Below are positions 49,714-58,995 of a DNA stretch of 64,000 bases, in pieces. Origin of the DNA: Azospirillum sp. Lineage in GTDB: Bacteria; Pseudomonadota; Alphaproteobacteria; CACIAM-22H2. The stretch spans positions 4,944-68,943 of the forward strand of contig JADCGK010000015.1 in NCBI GenBank assembly GCA_020249045.1. Reading direction: 5' to 3'. A program made the translations under genes and the position numbers. Position 1 is the first letter of the stretch, and the number at the start of each line of letters is the position of its first letter. The notes under the pieces were generated by a model, which worked only from the letters and a program-made list of their open reading frames with translations, did not search any database and was not told the DNA's origin.

Positions 49714-51264
49714 CTACCGCAACGCAGCCATGACAGCCGCGACGGGATGCGACCAATCCCCCGCAAGCGCTTGGCGATACAGCGTTAAGGTCGGGTACCA
49801 GGGCGTGTCCGCGCGCTCGAGCATCCACCGCCAATCGGGTGCGAAAGACAGCAAAAGATGGGTCTTCAATCCCATCGCACCGGCCAAATGGGCGACCGAG
49901 GTGCACGAAACGACGACAGCGTCGAGATTGGCAAGGCACGCGGCGGTTTCGCCCATATCGGTCAAGTCGTCCGCAACGTCGCGGAAACTTCCCGGCAGGT
50001 TCGCGTCGCGCAAATCGCCGCGCCGCGGGCCAACCTGCAAACCGATCCACTCGATCCGCGCGAGGCCCAGCAACGGGAGCAACGGCTTCAAGCCCGGCGA
50101 GCGCCAGCGATCGCCGGGAAAATCCGGATTGCCGCCCCACACGAGGCCGATGCGCGCGCCGCGCCTGGGACCGAGCTTCGCCGCCCACGCGGCCGTGCGC
50201 GCGGGATCGGGCGCGACGTAAGGAATGTCGGCGGGTACGGTTTCGGGCGTCGTGCCGAAAATGCCGGGCAGATCCAGCATCGGCGCTTCCGCGTCGAACG
50301 CGGGCAACGCGTCGCCTTGGGCGACGAGCGCATCGATGCCGGGCGTGCGCGCGAGGGCGGGCAACAGCGTCGCCGGCGCTTCGACCGTCACGCGCCAGCC
50401 GCGCGCGCCGGCGAGCGCGGCGTAGCGCACGAATTGGATCGCATCGCCCAAACCCTGTTCGGCGCGCAGCAGCAGCGTGCGGCCCGCGCCGTCTTCGCCC
50501 GTCCAGCGCGGCTTATCGAAGCGGCGGGCGAAGGGTTTCTGCGCGGGCGTCGCCCACCGCCACGCGAATTCCTTCCAGCCGCGCGCCCAATCGCCGGCGA
50601 GCAGCGCCGCGAAACCGAGATTGAAATGCGCATCGGCCCGATCCGGGGCTTTGGCGATCGCGCGTTCGTAGGCGGCAATGGCCGCCGGCAGATCGCCGGC
50701 CATGCGCTCGGCGTTGGCGAGGTTGAACGACGCGGCCGCGTCGTGCGGGGCCAACGCCTCCGCCCGGCGCAGCAGCGAGCGCGCTTCGACCAGCCGCCAA
50801 TCGTCGATCAGCAGCGCCGCGAGGTTCTCGCGCGGCGCGACGGCCTGCGGATCGCGCGCGATCACTTCGCGGTAGAGCGTCTCGGCCTCGGCCGAGCGGC
50901 CGAGCTTGCGCGCGACGTTGGCGAGGTTGAAGGCGATGCCCGGATTGTCGGGCGCGAATTGCCGGGCGAGCCGCATGGCGGTCTCCGCCTCGGTCAGCAG
51001 GCCCGCGCGTTCGAACGCGAGGCCCATATTCGCATGGGCGAGCGGGTCGCGCGGCGCGAGGTCGACCGCCCGCGAGAATTCGACCAATGCGGCGGTTTGG
51101 TCGCCCGCTTGCGACAGCGCAACGCCCAGTTCGACGCGCACGCCCGCATGGGCAGGACGCGCGTCGGCCAACGCGCGGAAAACCGCTGCGGCGGCTTGCG
51201 GCCGGCCGGCGGCCAATTCGTCGCGGCCGGCTTGGCGGCGGGACTCGAAGGCTTCGTCGTTCAC
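49714..51264 (-). CDS. TPR-repeat protein with C-terminal glycosyltransferase family 9 (heptosyltransferase-like) domain
   Basis: The N-terminal TPRs carry repeated A..A..G motifs. The C-terminal region (…LGDAIQFVRYA…, …IGLVWGGNPD…) is GT9-like. Confidence 0.7.
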   Translation of the reverse strand: MNDEAFESRRQAGRDELAAGRPQAAAAVFRALADARPAHAGVRVELGVALSQAGDQTAALVEFSRAVDLAPRDPLAHANMGLAFERAGLLTEAETAMRLARQFAPDNPGIAFNLANVARKLGRSAEAETLYREVIARDPQAVAPRENLAALLIDDWRLVEARSLLRRAEALAPHDAAASFNLANAERMAGDLPAAIAAYERAIAKAPDRADAHFNLGFAALLAGDWARGWKEFAWRWATPAQKPFARRFDKPRWTGEDGAGRTLLLRAEQGLGDAIQFVRYAALAGARGWRVTVEAPATLLPALARTPGIDALVAQGDALPAFDAEAPMLDLPGIFGTTPETVPADIPYVAPDPARTAAWAAKLGPRRGARIGLVWGGNPDFPGDRWRSPGLKPLLPLLGLARIEWIGLQVGPRRGDLRDANLPGSFRDVADDLTDMGETAACLANLDAVVVSCTSVAHLAGAMGLKTHLLLSFAPDWRWMLERADTPWYPTLTLYRQALAGDWSHPVAAVMAALR

Positions 51265-51343
51265 GCCGCGCAGATTAGCGAAAAGCGGAACGCCCGGCGC
51301 GGGTTTCGCACCGGGCGTCCGTTCGACGGGCGCGAAGCGCCGC

Positions 51344-51544
51344 TCAGTTGCGCTTCTGGGTCTGACCCGGCGCGGCGTCGCGGCGGACTTCGTTCTTCTT
51401 CGCCTCGTCCTTCTTGACGGGCGCCGCGGGCGCCTGGGCGTGCGGCGCGGCCGGCGTCGCCGGCGTGGCGGGCGTCGCTTGGGCGAACGCGATCGCGGGG
51501 GCCACGAGCGAGAAAGCGAGGGCGGCGGCGAGGGTCTTCTTCAT
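51344..51544 (-). CDS. Small secreted Pro/Ala/Thr-repeat protein (66 aa)
   Basis: MKKTLAAALAFSLVAPAIAFAQA signal peptide, with a GGAGAA RBS 6 nt upstream. Confidence 0.4.
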   Translation of the reverse strand: MKKTLAAALAFSLVAPAIAFAQATPATPATPAAPHAQAPAAPVKKDEAKKNEVRRDAAPGQTQKRN

Positions 51545-51683
51545 GGGGCTTCTCCGTTTGCGACCGGCGGCGAAATCGCCGTCGTCGTCAGGACAAAGCG
51601 CGAGCCCGATCCGCTATTCCGGCGCGATTTGGGAAAGATTGTGGCGCTTCGCATGCGAACGACCGCGCGTTCGCCCGGCGCAC

Positions 51684-52115
51684 TCAGTGCGTGCGGTCGA
51701 GCTGCGCGTCGAGCCGCGCGACCCGTTCGAACAAGGTCAGGCTGCGTGCCATCAATTCGGCCAGCTTGGGCGACATCTCGCGCACCTCGGCGGTCGTGTC
51801 GGCGAGACATATCCGATGCGCGTCCAGACGATATCTGGGATCGCGCGCCTCCTCGGCCGTGATCTCGCCGGCGGCGACCGCGCGCTGGGCCAGCAACCAC
51901 GCCATCACTTGCGCGAGCCGCGCGGTCAAGCGCATCGCCTCGCAACTGAGGTTGAGGCGCGCCTCGCGCCGGTCGGGCATGGGCTCGCCCGGCTGCACCG
52001 TCGCGCAGTAATGGCGCGCCGACAGCAGCAAGCCCATCGTCTCGTCATAGGTGCGGCCGATGAACGGATTGGCGGCGCCGCCAACGCTCGGCGTTACATT
52101 GTCGCTCGGTCTCAT
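51684..52115 (-). CDS. DUF1465-family protein (RcdA-like, regulator of CtrA degradation family)
   Basis: A 143-aa internal-start ORF with helical composition typical of DUF1465. The track ORF is longer (392 aa) but its upstream part is antisense to hsp20. Confidence 0.55.
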   Translation of the reverse strand: MRPSDNVTPSVGGAANPFIGRTYDETMGLLLSARHYCATVQPGEPMPDRREARLNLSCEAMRLTARLAQVMAWLLAQRAVAAGEITAEEARDPRYRLDAHRICLADTTAEVREMSPKLAELMARSLTLFERVARLDAQLDRTH

Positions 52116-52195
52116 GACGTCTATTCCCCGGGAAACCCTGCGCTTTCCGTAGCGAAAACGCAAACCTGGAAACGCGCGCGCGTCGCGAAAGGGGG

Positions 52196-52223
52196 CTTGA
52201 AGGCGGCGCGCTACCGCCCAAAT
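52196..52223 (+). promoter_or_regulatory. Putative sigma32 (RpoH)-type heat-shock promoter upstream of hsp20
   Basis: GGGGGCTTGAAG-N14-CCCAAAT resembles the sigma32 consensus (CCCTTGAA-N13-15-CCCCATnT). It lies ~100 nt upstream of hsp20. Confidence 0.3.
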
Positions 52224-52331
52224 CGCAGCGTGTCCGGCGGCGCCCGTTTCGGGGTCGTTGGACCGAAAACGACCGGGCCCGGCCATCGTGGCGAGCCCCG
52301 ACCATCCGATCGCTCTTTGGAGGATAGGACC

Positions 52332-52790
52332 ATGAACCAGTTCGATTTTTCGCCCCTGTTCCGCTCGACCATCGGCTTCGATCGTCTGTCGCGCCTGATC
52401 GACGAAGGTTTGCGCGGCGTCGAGGCGCCCAGCTACCCGCCCTACAACATCGAGAAGACCGGCCCCGACGCCTATCGCATCGTGATGGCAGTGGCGGGCT
52501 TCGCGGAGTCCGAGCTCGATCTCGTGCAGCAGGAAAACCAGCTGCTGATCGTTGGCCGCAAAGCCGAGGCGCAGGATCCGGCGACGACGTATCTGCATCG
52601 CGGCATCGCCGCGCGGGCGTTCGAGCGCCGCTTCCAGCTCGACGACTTCATCCGCGTCGTCGGCGCGAAACTCGAGAACGGCTTGCTGCACGTCGAACTC
52701 GTGCGCGAGGTGCCCGAGGCGATGAAGCCCCGGCGCATCCAAGTGACGGCCGCTTCGGCACCCGCCGCGATCGAAACCAAGGCGGCCTGA
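52332..52790 (+). CDS. Hsp20/alpha-crystallin family small heat-shock protein
   Basis: An alpha-crystallin domain (…PPYNIEKTGPDAYRIVMAVAGFAESELDL… and …GLLHVEL…), with a GGAGGA RBS 8 nt upstream. Confidence 0.9.
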   Translation: MNQFDFSPLFRSTIGFDRLSRLIDEGLRGVEAPSYPPYNIEKTGPDAYRIVMAVAGFAESELDLVQQENQLLIVGRKAEAQDPATTYLHRGIAARAFERRFQLDDFIRVVGAKLENGLLHVELVREVPEAMKPRRIQVTAASAPAAIETKAA

Positions 52791-52818
52791 CCGCCGAACG
52801 AAGCCACAGACGAATGCG

Positions 52819-52851
52819 CCCCCGCCGGGGAAATCCCCCGGCGGGTTTTTG
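52819..52851 (+). terminator. Rho-independent terminator after hsp20
   Basis: CCCGCCGGGG-aaat-CCCCGGCGGG stem followed by TTTTTG. Confidence 0.7.
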
Positions 52852-52921
52852 CGCTGGATCAATGCGCCGCTTCGCGCGATGCTTTCCAGTATTCGGGAGC
52901 ATCGCGTTCGGGGGGACGCTC

Positions 52922-53107
52922 ATGATCCGCAATCTCGACGATTTCGACCGGCTCGCCCGTTTTCTGCTGGGCGCGGCGCTTCTCGCCAATGCGCTGCACA
53001 TGGACGGCACCGAGGGCTGGTGGGGCCTGCTCGGGGTCCTGCCGCTGATGTCGGCGATGGCGGGCTGGTGCCCGTTCGCCTCGCTCAGCGCGCGAAATGG
53101 GCCTTGA
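52922..53107 (+). CDS. DUF2892-family small membrane protein (YgaP-like)
   Basis: MIRNLDDFDRLARFLLGAALLANALHMDGTEGWWGLLGVLPLMSAMAGWCPFASL matches the DUF2892 pattern. Confidence 0.5.
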   Translation: MIRNLDDFDRLARFLLGAALLANALHMDGTEGWWGLLGVLPLMSAMAGWCPFASLSARNGP

Positions 53108-54536
53108 TGCGCGCGCGGATATTCGGATCGGGACAGGTGTAGCGCGCGCCGATCAAGCCGTCGGCGACGCGCATGATCTGCATTTCGACGTCGAACACCA
53201 GATTCAGATACGCGTTGCGCAAGATCACATTCCCCGGCACGCGCTGGCCCATCGCAAGATGCGCCGCCGGCCCGAACAACAGTCCCGTCTCGCTCCAGTT
53301 GCGCAGCGGCACGCGCTGGCCCATCACTTGGACGCGGTCTTCGGGGCCGGCGATCATGCGCGGGGAAATGCGCCGGTCGCCCGCTTGGGGCGTCGCGAAC
53401 AGGACGGCGGCCGCCTCCTTGAACCGCAGCCTCAGCGCCTCGGGAATGGCGGAGGCGGCGAATGCCTTGGCCGTCTCGGACAATTGCAGGGCCTTCTCGT
53501 CGGTCGCCAGGCCGACCGAATGGAACTCGTCGCGGAAATCGCGATAGGCGAGCCAATTGGCGATCGCGCCTTCGAGGCTGCGCCGCGCGCCGGGATCGTC
53601 GATCTCGGCGTGCAGCTGGAGCAGCAATAGCAGCTTGCGCGCCACACCCTGCTCGCGCGCGAGGATCGGATCGAGACTTTCCGGGGCGACCATGCGCGCG
53701 AAACGGCGCGACAGCTCGGCGCCGATCTCGGCGTCGTCGGCGAACAGCGCACGCGCCGCGATCCGCGCGCGCAAGCCGCGCGCCATTTTCATCTCGCCAC
53801 CGGGATCGCGCTTGGCGAACGAGGCGGGGCTGGCCAACGCCGCGCGCAGGCGTTCGCGCGCCGCTTGATGGAGCGCGGGCGACGGCCGGCCGGCGCGCGC
53901 CAGCGCCACGGTGCGCACGAAGGGCACCGTCTCGCCCAAGGCAGCTTCGTCCCCCGCCAGGGCCAGACACATCCGCGTCGTCGCCATCGCATTGTCGTAA
54001 CCGACGCCCAGCGCCGCCGCCGACGGCTCCATCAGCAGCAATTCCGCCATCGTCCGTTCGAGCAGCGCGAAGGCCGGGGCGGATTTGGCCTCGCGCATGA
54101 TCTGCACGCACAGCGTCGCCTTGGCCGCGAAATCCGGGCTCGTCGCAAGCCAGCCCGCCAGCAGCACGCCGGCCATCGCCGGGCCCGTCTCGCCGTCGGC
54201 GGCGGCCGCATCCAAGCGCACGGGATCGGGGGGCGTGTCGGGCGGCACGCGTTTGAGCGTCGTTTCCACGAGTTTCGTCGCCGCATCGGCGATCGCAATC
54301 AGGTCACGGACCCGTTCGGTGACGGGCGTCTTGACGGTCTTGCCCTGAAGCACGGCAAGGCGCTGGATGTACTCCTGATAGCGCGTGCCCGAGTTCAGAA
54401 GCTTGCGCTGCTCGCGCGGGTCGAAGACGAGTTCGGTCAGCGTAATCCGCACGGATTCGAGATACGGGCGGACGATCTGGAACAGCAGCGCGCGCGCGGG
54501 ATCAGCGAGCGCTTCGAGGGGGGTCGCACACAGCAT
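53085..54536 (-). CDS. PilZ-domain protein with large uncharacterised N-terminal region (putative c-di-GMP receptor)
   Basis: The C-terminal ~100 aa carry PilZ motifs (RRISPRM…, …DGLIGARYT…). The N-terminal ~380 aa are helical with no recognisable domain. Confidence 0.65.
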   Translation of the reverse strand: MLCATPLEALADPARALLFQIVRPYLESVRITLTELVFDPREQRKLLNSGTRYQEYIQRLAVLQGKTVKTPVTERVRDLIAIADAATKLVETTLKRVPPDTPPDPVRLDAAAADGETGPAMAGVLLAGWLATSPDFAAKATLCVQIMREAKSAPAFALLERTMAELLLMEPSAAALGVGYDNAMATTRMCLALAGDEAALGETVPFVRTVALARAGRPSPALHQAARERLRAALASPASFAKRDPGGEMKMARGLRARIAARALFADDAEIGAELSRRFARMVAPESLDPILAREQGVARKLLLLLQLHAEIDDPGARRSLEGAIANWLAYRDFRDEFHSVGLATDEKALQLSETAKAFAASAIPEALRLRFKEAAAVLFATPQAGDRRISPRMIAGPEDRVQVMGQRVPLRNWSETGLLFGPAAHLAMGQRVPGNVILRNAYLNLVFDVEMQIMRVADGLIGARYTCPDPNIRARIKAHFAR

Positions 54537-54560
54537 GATGCGACAATATACGCGATTTGG

Positions 54561-54995
54561 TTAACGGAGAATTGTTTCGAACGCCGAGCGAATTCGATCC
54601 GGAATCGCCACCGGCCGTTGTTCCGCGCGCGCCACGAAGACGTGCACGAAATAGCCCTCCGCCGCCGCCGTGTCCGTACCCGCGCGGAACAAGCCGATCT
54701 CGTAGCGCACCGAACGACCGCCCAAATGGCCGACCCGCAAGCCCGCGTCGATCGTTTCGGGATAGGCGATCGATGCGTGGAAACGGCAACCGGATTCCGC
54801 CGCGACGCCGATGATGTCGCTTTTGTGGATGTCGAGACCGCCGCGTTCGATCAGGAACTTGTTTATGACGGTATCGAAATAACTGTAATAGACGACGTTA
54901 TTCACGTGGCCGTACAGGTCGTTGTCCATCCACCGCGTCGGGATGGCCAGGAAATGCCGGTAGTCGGCGCGGATCCCGGGCGCGGGCCGGGTCAT
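54561..54995 (-). CDS. Acyl-CoA thioesterase (4HBT/YbgC-like hotdog fold)
   Basis: …DLYGHVNNVVYYSYFD… is the hotdog active-site region. Its start overlaps the stop of the hydrolase upstream. Confidence 0.8.
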   Translation of the reverse strand: MTRPAPGIRADYRHFLAIPTRWMDNDLYGHVNNVVYYSYFDTVINKFLIERGGLDIHKSDIIGVAAESGCRFHASIAYPETIDAGLRVGHLGGRSVRYEIGLFRAGTDTAAAEGYFVHVFVARAEQRPVAIPDRIRSAFETILR

Positions 54996-55774
54996 AGGAT
55001 CGCCGCCAGCGCATCGAGCGTGGCGTCCGGCTTTTCGACCATCATCATGTGCCCCGCCCCGGCGATTTCCAGCGTCTTGGCGCCCGCGATCCGCGCGGCC
55101 AAAGCGCGACCGCCGGCCGGCGGGGTCATTCGGTCGGTGGCACCGATCACGATCAAAGCCGGGCATGCGAGTGCCGCCGCCGCCGCGGGCGCCGATTTAT
55201 AGGCATCGCACGCGGCCAGATCGTCGGCGAGTGCCGGGCCTTTGGCGGTTTCGAGCAGCCTGACCCCGCCGCCGACCATCCAGGTGCCCGGCGCTTGGGC
55301 CCCGCCCAGTTGCGCCGCGCGACCGAACCCCCATTCGGCGATCATGTCGATGGCGGCGTGATCGCCCTTGCGCGCGGCGTCGAGCAATTTCGGGTGAACG
55401 GGCATCGCTTCGGCCGCGCCGAGAAGTGCCAACGCCCGCACGCGATGGCGCGCGGCGAAATCGAGCGCCACCAGCGCGCCCATCGAATGGCCCGCGACGG
55501 CCGGCGCTTCGATCCCGAGCGCCGCGCACGCGCGCGCGAGGAAATCCGCCATCGCCGGAATGTCGGTCAAACCCGGGCCGTCGCTGCGGCCATGCCCGGG
55601 CAAATCGAGCGCCAGCGCGTTGCGGCCGTGATGGGCGAAAAAGCGCGTCTGCAGCGTCCAGACCGTGTGGTCCATCCCCGCGCCATGCACGAACACGGCC
55701 GTCGGTTTGGCGGGATCGAACGCTTTGCCGCCGGTGGCGGCGAAGACCTTGCGGCCGTCGACGGAGAATTCCAT
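54992..55774 (-). CDS. Alpha/beta-hydrolase fold protein (3-oxoadipate enol-lactonase-like)
   Basis: A nucleophile elbow GHSMGA with HGAGMD and GHMMM motifs, in a 260-aa protein. It sits 5 nt downstream of metY. Confidence 0.8.
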   Translation of the reverse strand: MEFSVDGRKVFAATGGKAFDPAKPTAVFVHGAGMDHTVWTLQTRFFAHHGRNALALDLPGHGRSDGPGLTDIPAMADFLARACAALGIEAPAVAGHSMGALVALDFAARHRVRALALLGAAEAMPVHPKLLDAARKGDHAAIDMIAEWGFGRAAQLGGAQAPGTWMVGGGVRLLETAKGPALADDLAACDAYKSAPAAAAALACPALIVIGATDRMTPPAGGRALAARIAGAKTLEIAGAGHMMMVEKPDATLDALAAIL

Positions 55775-55779
55775 CGCCG

Positions 55780-57072
55780 TCAGCCCTTGGCCGCGGCGCG
55801 CAAACCGGCCGCGAGGTCGTCGAGAATATCGGCCGCGTCTTCCAGGCCGACGGAAAGCCGGATCATTTCCTCGCCGATGCCGGCCTTGCGCAGCGAGTCC
55901 GCGTCCATCTGCTGATGGGTGGTCGAGGCGGGATGGATGACCAGCGACTTCGCGTCGCCGACATTGGCGAGATGGCTGAAAAGCTTCAGCGCCTCGATGA
56001 AGCGCCGGCCGGCGGCGCGCCCGCCTTTGACGCCGAAGCTGATCATCGAACCCGCCCCCTTGGGCAGCAGCTTCGCGGCCAGCGCCTTGTCGGCGTGGGC
56101 GTCGAGTTCGGGATAGTTGACCCAAGCGACCGCCTCGTGGCCCGCGAGGAAGGCGGCCACCTTGCGCGCGTTGTCGACGTGCCGCGCCATGCGCAGCGGC
56201 AGCGTTTCGAGGCCCTGGAGCAGATGGAACGCGTTGGTGGGCGACATCGCCGCGCCGAAATCGCGCAAACCCTCGGCGCGCGCGCGCATGACGAAGGCCG
56301 CCGGCCCGAACTCCTCGGCGAAGTCGAGCCCGTGATAACCCGCATAAGGCTCGGTCAGGGTCGGGAACTTTCCCGAAGCCTCCCAATCGAACTTGCCGGA
56401 GTCCACCAGCACGCCGCCGATCGCCACCCCATGCCCGCCGATCCACTTGGTCGCCGAGTGCATGACGAGATCGGCCCCGTGTTCGAACGCGCGGAACAGA
56501 TAGGGCGTGCAGAAGGTGCAATCGAGCATCAACGGCAGGCCGTGCCTGTGCGCGATCGCCGCGATCCGGGGCACGTCCATCACTTCGAGACCGGGATTGC
56601 CGATCACCTCGCCGAAGATCAGCCGCGTTTCGGGCCGGATGGCGCGGTCGAAGGCGTCGGGGTCGCGCACGTCGGCGAAGCTCGTCGCGATCCCGAAACG
56701 CGGCAGCGTGTGCGCGAACATGTTGTGCGAGCCGCCGTAAACGCTGGCGGAGGACACGATATGACCGCCCGCCCCCATCAGCGTCGCCACCGCCAAGTGC
56801 AACGCCGCCTGACCCGAGGCGGTCGCGATCGCGCCCACGCCGCCCTCGAGCGCCGCCACGCGTTCCTCGAACACCGCGACCGTCGGGTTCGAAATGCGCG
56901 AATAGATGTGGCCCGCGCGTTCGAGATTGAACAGCGACGCCGCGTGATCCACGTCGCGGAAAACGTAGGAGGTGGTTTGGTAGATCGGCACGGCGCGCGC
57001 GCCGGTGGCCGGATCCGGCTGCTGGCCGGCGTGCAACGACAATGTATCGAAACGCGGGAATCGCTCGGCCAT
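55780..57072 (-). CDS. metY: O-acetylhomoserine aminocarboxypropyltransferase / O-acylhomoserine sulfhydrylase (PLP-dependent, Cys/Met gamma family)
   Basis: A PLP lysine region (…DLVMHSATKWIGGHG…) and an N-terminal …SNPTVAVFEERVAALEGG… conserved in MetY/MetZ. Confidence 0.9.
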   Translation of the reverse strand: MAERFPRFDTLSLHAGQQPDPATGARAVPIYQTTSYVFRDVDHAASLFNLERAGHIYSRISNPTVAVFEERVAALEGGVGAIATASGQAALHLAVATLMGAGGHIVSSASVYGGSHNMFAHTLPRFGIATSFADVRDPDAFDRAIRPETRLIFGEVIGNPGLEVMDVPRIAAIAHRHGLPLMLDCTFCTPYLFRAFEHGADLVMHSATKWIGGHGVAIGGVLVDSGKFDWEASGKFPTLTEPYAGYHGLDFAEEFGPAAFVMRARAEGLRDFGAAMSPTNAFHLLQGLETLPLRMARHVDNARKVAAFLAGHEAVAWVNYPELDAHADKALAAKLLPKGAGSMISFGVKGGRAAGRRFIEALKLFSHLANVGDAKSLVIHPASTTHQQMDADSLRKAGIGEEMIRLSVGLEDAADILDDLAAGLRAAAKG

Positions 57073-57392
57073 CGCAACACTCCGAATCCGGGCCCGAAAC
57101 GGCGAACCGCCCGGAACGCATCTTCGGCGTTTCGCGGGCGGTTCTGATTAAGCGGCGCGTCCCTGTTCAACTCGCGGCTTGGTCGGGATTCTTAGCGGGG
57201 TACCGGAGTCGGCGTCAATTGGGAATTCGGCGTTCGTTCGCCCGCGAACGATGCCCCCGCGGCGCCGCTTTTTTGTGCGGCGCCGGAAAACCGCCCTTGG
57301 CAAAGCGGGGCGCCATTGGCATTGTCCCCCCCTCTTTGCCCCCGCCCCCTCGCGGTATCGAGACGGGCGCTTTTGTCGTCTGGAGACGCCGG

Positions 57393-58559
57393 ATGAAAGT
57401 CGCCATCCTCAAAGAACGGCGCGCCTTCGAAGCGCGCGTGGCCGCAACCCCCGATTCGATCAAGCGCATGAAGCCGCTGGGCCTGACCTTTTTGGTCGAA
57501 GCCGGCGCGGGTGCCGCCGCCGCCATCGCCGATCAGGCCTTCGCGGACGCGGGTGCCGAGATCGTCGCCGACCCGGCGGCGTTGCTGGCCCAAGCCGACG
57601 TGGTTCTGAAGGTCGCGCGGCCGTTGACCGCGGCCGAAAACGGCACCGACGAACTCGCCGGCATCAAGCAAGGCGCCGTGTTGATTTCCCAGCTCGATCC
57701 CTACCGCAACCGCGAACAGGTCGCCGATTTCGCCGCGCGCGGCATCGTGGCGGTCGCCATGGAGTTGGTGCCGCGCATCACGCGCGCCCAGGCGATGGAC
57801 GTGCTGTCGAGCCAGGCGAACCTCGCCGGCTACAAGGCCGTGATCGACGCCGCCGAACAATTCGGCCGCGCCTTTCCGATGATGATGACGGCCGCGGGCA
57901 CGATCGCGCCCGCCAAGGTGATGGTGATGGGCGCGGGCGTGGCGGGTCTGCAGGCGATCGCGACCGCGCGGCGCTTGGGTGCGGTCGTCTCGGCGACCGA
58001 CGTGCGTCTGGCCGCCAAGGAACAGGTCGAAAGCTTGGGCGCCACGTTCGTCTTCGTCGACGACGAGGAAGCCCGCCAGGCCGAAACCGCCGGCGGCTAC
58101 GCCAAGGAAATGTCCGACGCCTACAAGGCCAAGCAAGCCGCGCTGATCGCCGAAACGGTCAAGAAGATGGACGTGATCATCTGCACGGCGCAGATCCCCG
58201 GCCGTCCGGCGCCGCGCCTCGTGACCGACGCGATGGTCGCCTCGATGAAGCAAGGCTCGATCGTCGTCGACCTCGCGGTGGAAACCGGCGGCAATTGCGA
58301 AGGCTCGGAGACCGGCAAGGTCGTCGTCAAGCACGGCGTCAAGATCGTCGGCTACGCCAACGTGCCGTCGCGCCTGGCGGTGGACGCGTCGGCGCTGTAC
58401 GCGCGTAACCTCGCCGAATTCATGAAGCTGATCGTCCAGAAGGACGGCACGTTGAAGATCGACCGCGAGGACGAGATCCTCAAGGGCAGCGTGCTGACCC
58501 AAGACGGCCAGATCGTCCACCCCGCCTTCGCGCCCGCGCAGCCCGCGGCCGCTCAGTAA
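57393..58559 (+). CDS. pntAA: NAD(P) transhydrogenase subunit alpha part 1 (dI)
   Basis: An alanine dehydrogenase/PNT N- and C-domains, with an NAD-binding [14 protein letters not shown]. Confidence 0.9.
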   Translation: MKVAILKERRAFEARVAATPDSIKRMKPLGLTFLVEAGAGAAAAIADQAFADAGAEIVADPAALLAQADVVLKVARPLTAAENGTDELAGIKQGAVLISQLDPYRNREQVADFAARGIVAVAMELVPRITRAQAMDVLSSQANLAGYKAVIDAAEQFGRAFPMMMTAAGTIAPAKVMVMGAGVAGLQAIATARRLGAVVSATDVRLAAKEQVESLGATFVFVDDEEARQAETAGGYAKEMSDAYKAKQAALIAETVKKMDVIICTAQIPGRPAPRLVTDAMVASMKQGSIVVDLAVETGGNCEGSETGKVVVKHGVKIVGYANVPSRLAVDASALYARNLAEFMKLIVQKDGTLKIDREDEILKGSVLTQDGQIVHPAFAPAQPAAAQ

Positions 58560-58575
58560 CCGGAGAGGGACCCCC

Positions 58576-58977
58576 ATGTCCGATCCCACCACCCTCGCCA
58601 ACCAATTGGCGATCGACGCGGCCGCCCTGGCGCTCCGCGCCAAGGAATTGGCCCTGACCACCGCGACCGCCGCCGCCCCGCAGACCGGCGGCGTGGACGC
58701 GTTGACGATGGGCTTGACCGTTCTCGTGCTCGCGACGTTCGTCGGCTACTACGTGGTCTGGCGCGTGACGCCGGCGCTGCACTCGCCGCTGATGGCGGTC
58801 ACCAACGCGATCTCCTCGGTCATCATCGTCGGCGCGCTGCTCGCCGCGGGGGCCTCGGCCGTCGGCTTCAGCCAGGCGATGGGGTTCCTCGCCGTCGTGC
58901 TCGCCTCGGTCAACATCTTCGGCGGCTTCGTCGTCACCCAGCGCATGCTGGGCAAGTTCAAGAAGAAGCAGAAGTAA
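58576..58977 (+). CDS. pntAB: NAD(P) transhydrogenase subunit alpha part 2 (membrane, dII-a)
   Basis: A 133-aa, 3-4-TM protein between pntAA and pntB (…[33 protein letters not shown]…). Confidence 0.9.
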   Translation: MSDPTTLANQLAIDAAALALRAKELALTTATAAAPQTGGVDALTMGLTVLVLATFVGYYVVWRVTPALHSPLMAVTNAISSVIIVGALLAAGASAVGFSQAMGFLAVVLASVNIFGGFVVTQRMLGKFKKKQK

Positions 58978-58995
58978 GGCGGGAGGACACACATC

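Noticed and set aside
54992-57121. 709-aa minus-strand ORF fusing the alpha/beta-hydrolase with a frame overlapping metY
   Set aside because: Only the C-terminal 260 aa (the hydrolase) are protein-like. metY is in a different frame on the same strand and is clearly the real gene in the upstream part.
57073-57250. SAM-II riboswitch upstream of metY
   Set aside because: I could not find the conserved SAM-II core (the GCUAAAAAG/AAAG-containing pseudoknot region). Only a generic strong hairpin is present, reported as a finding rather than as a riboswitch feature.
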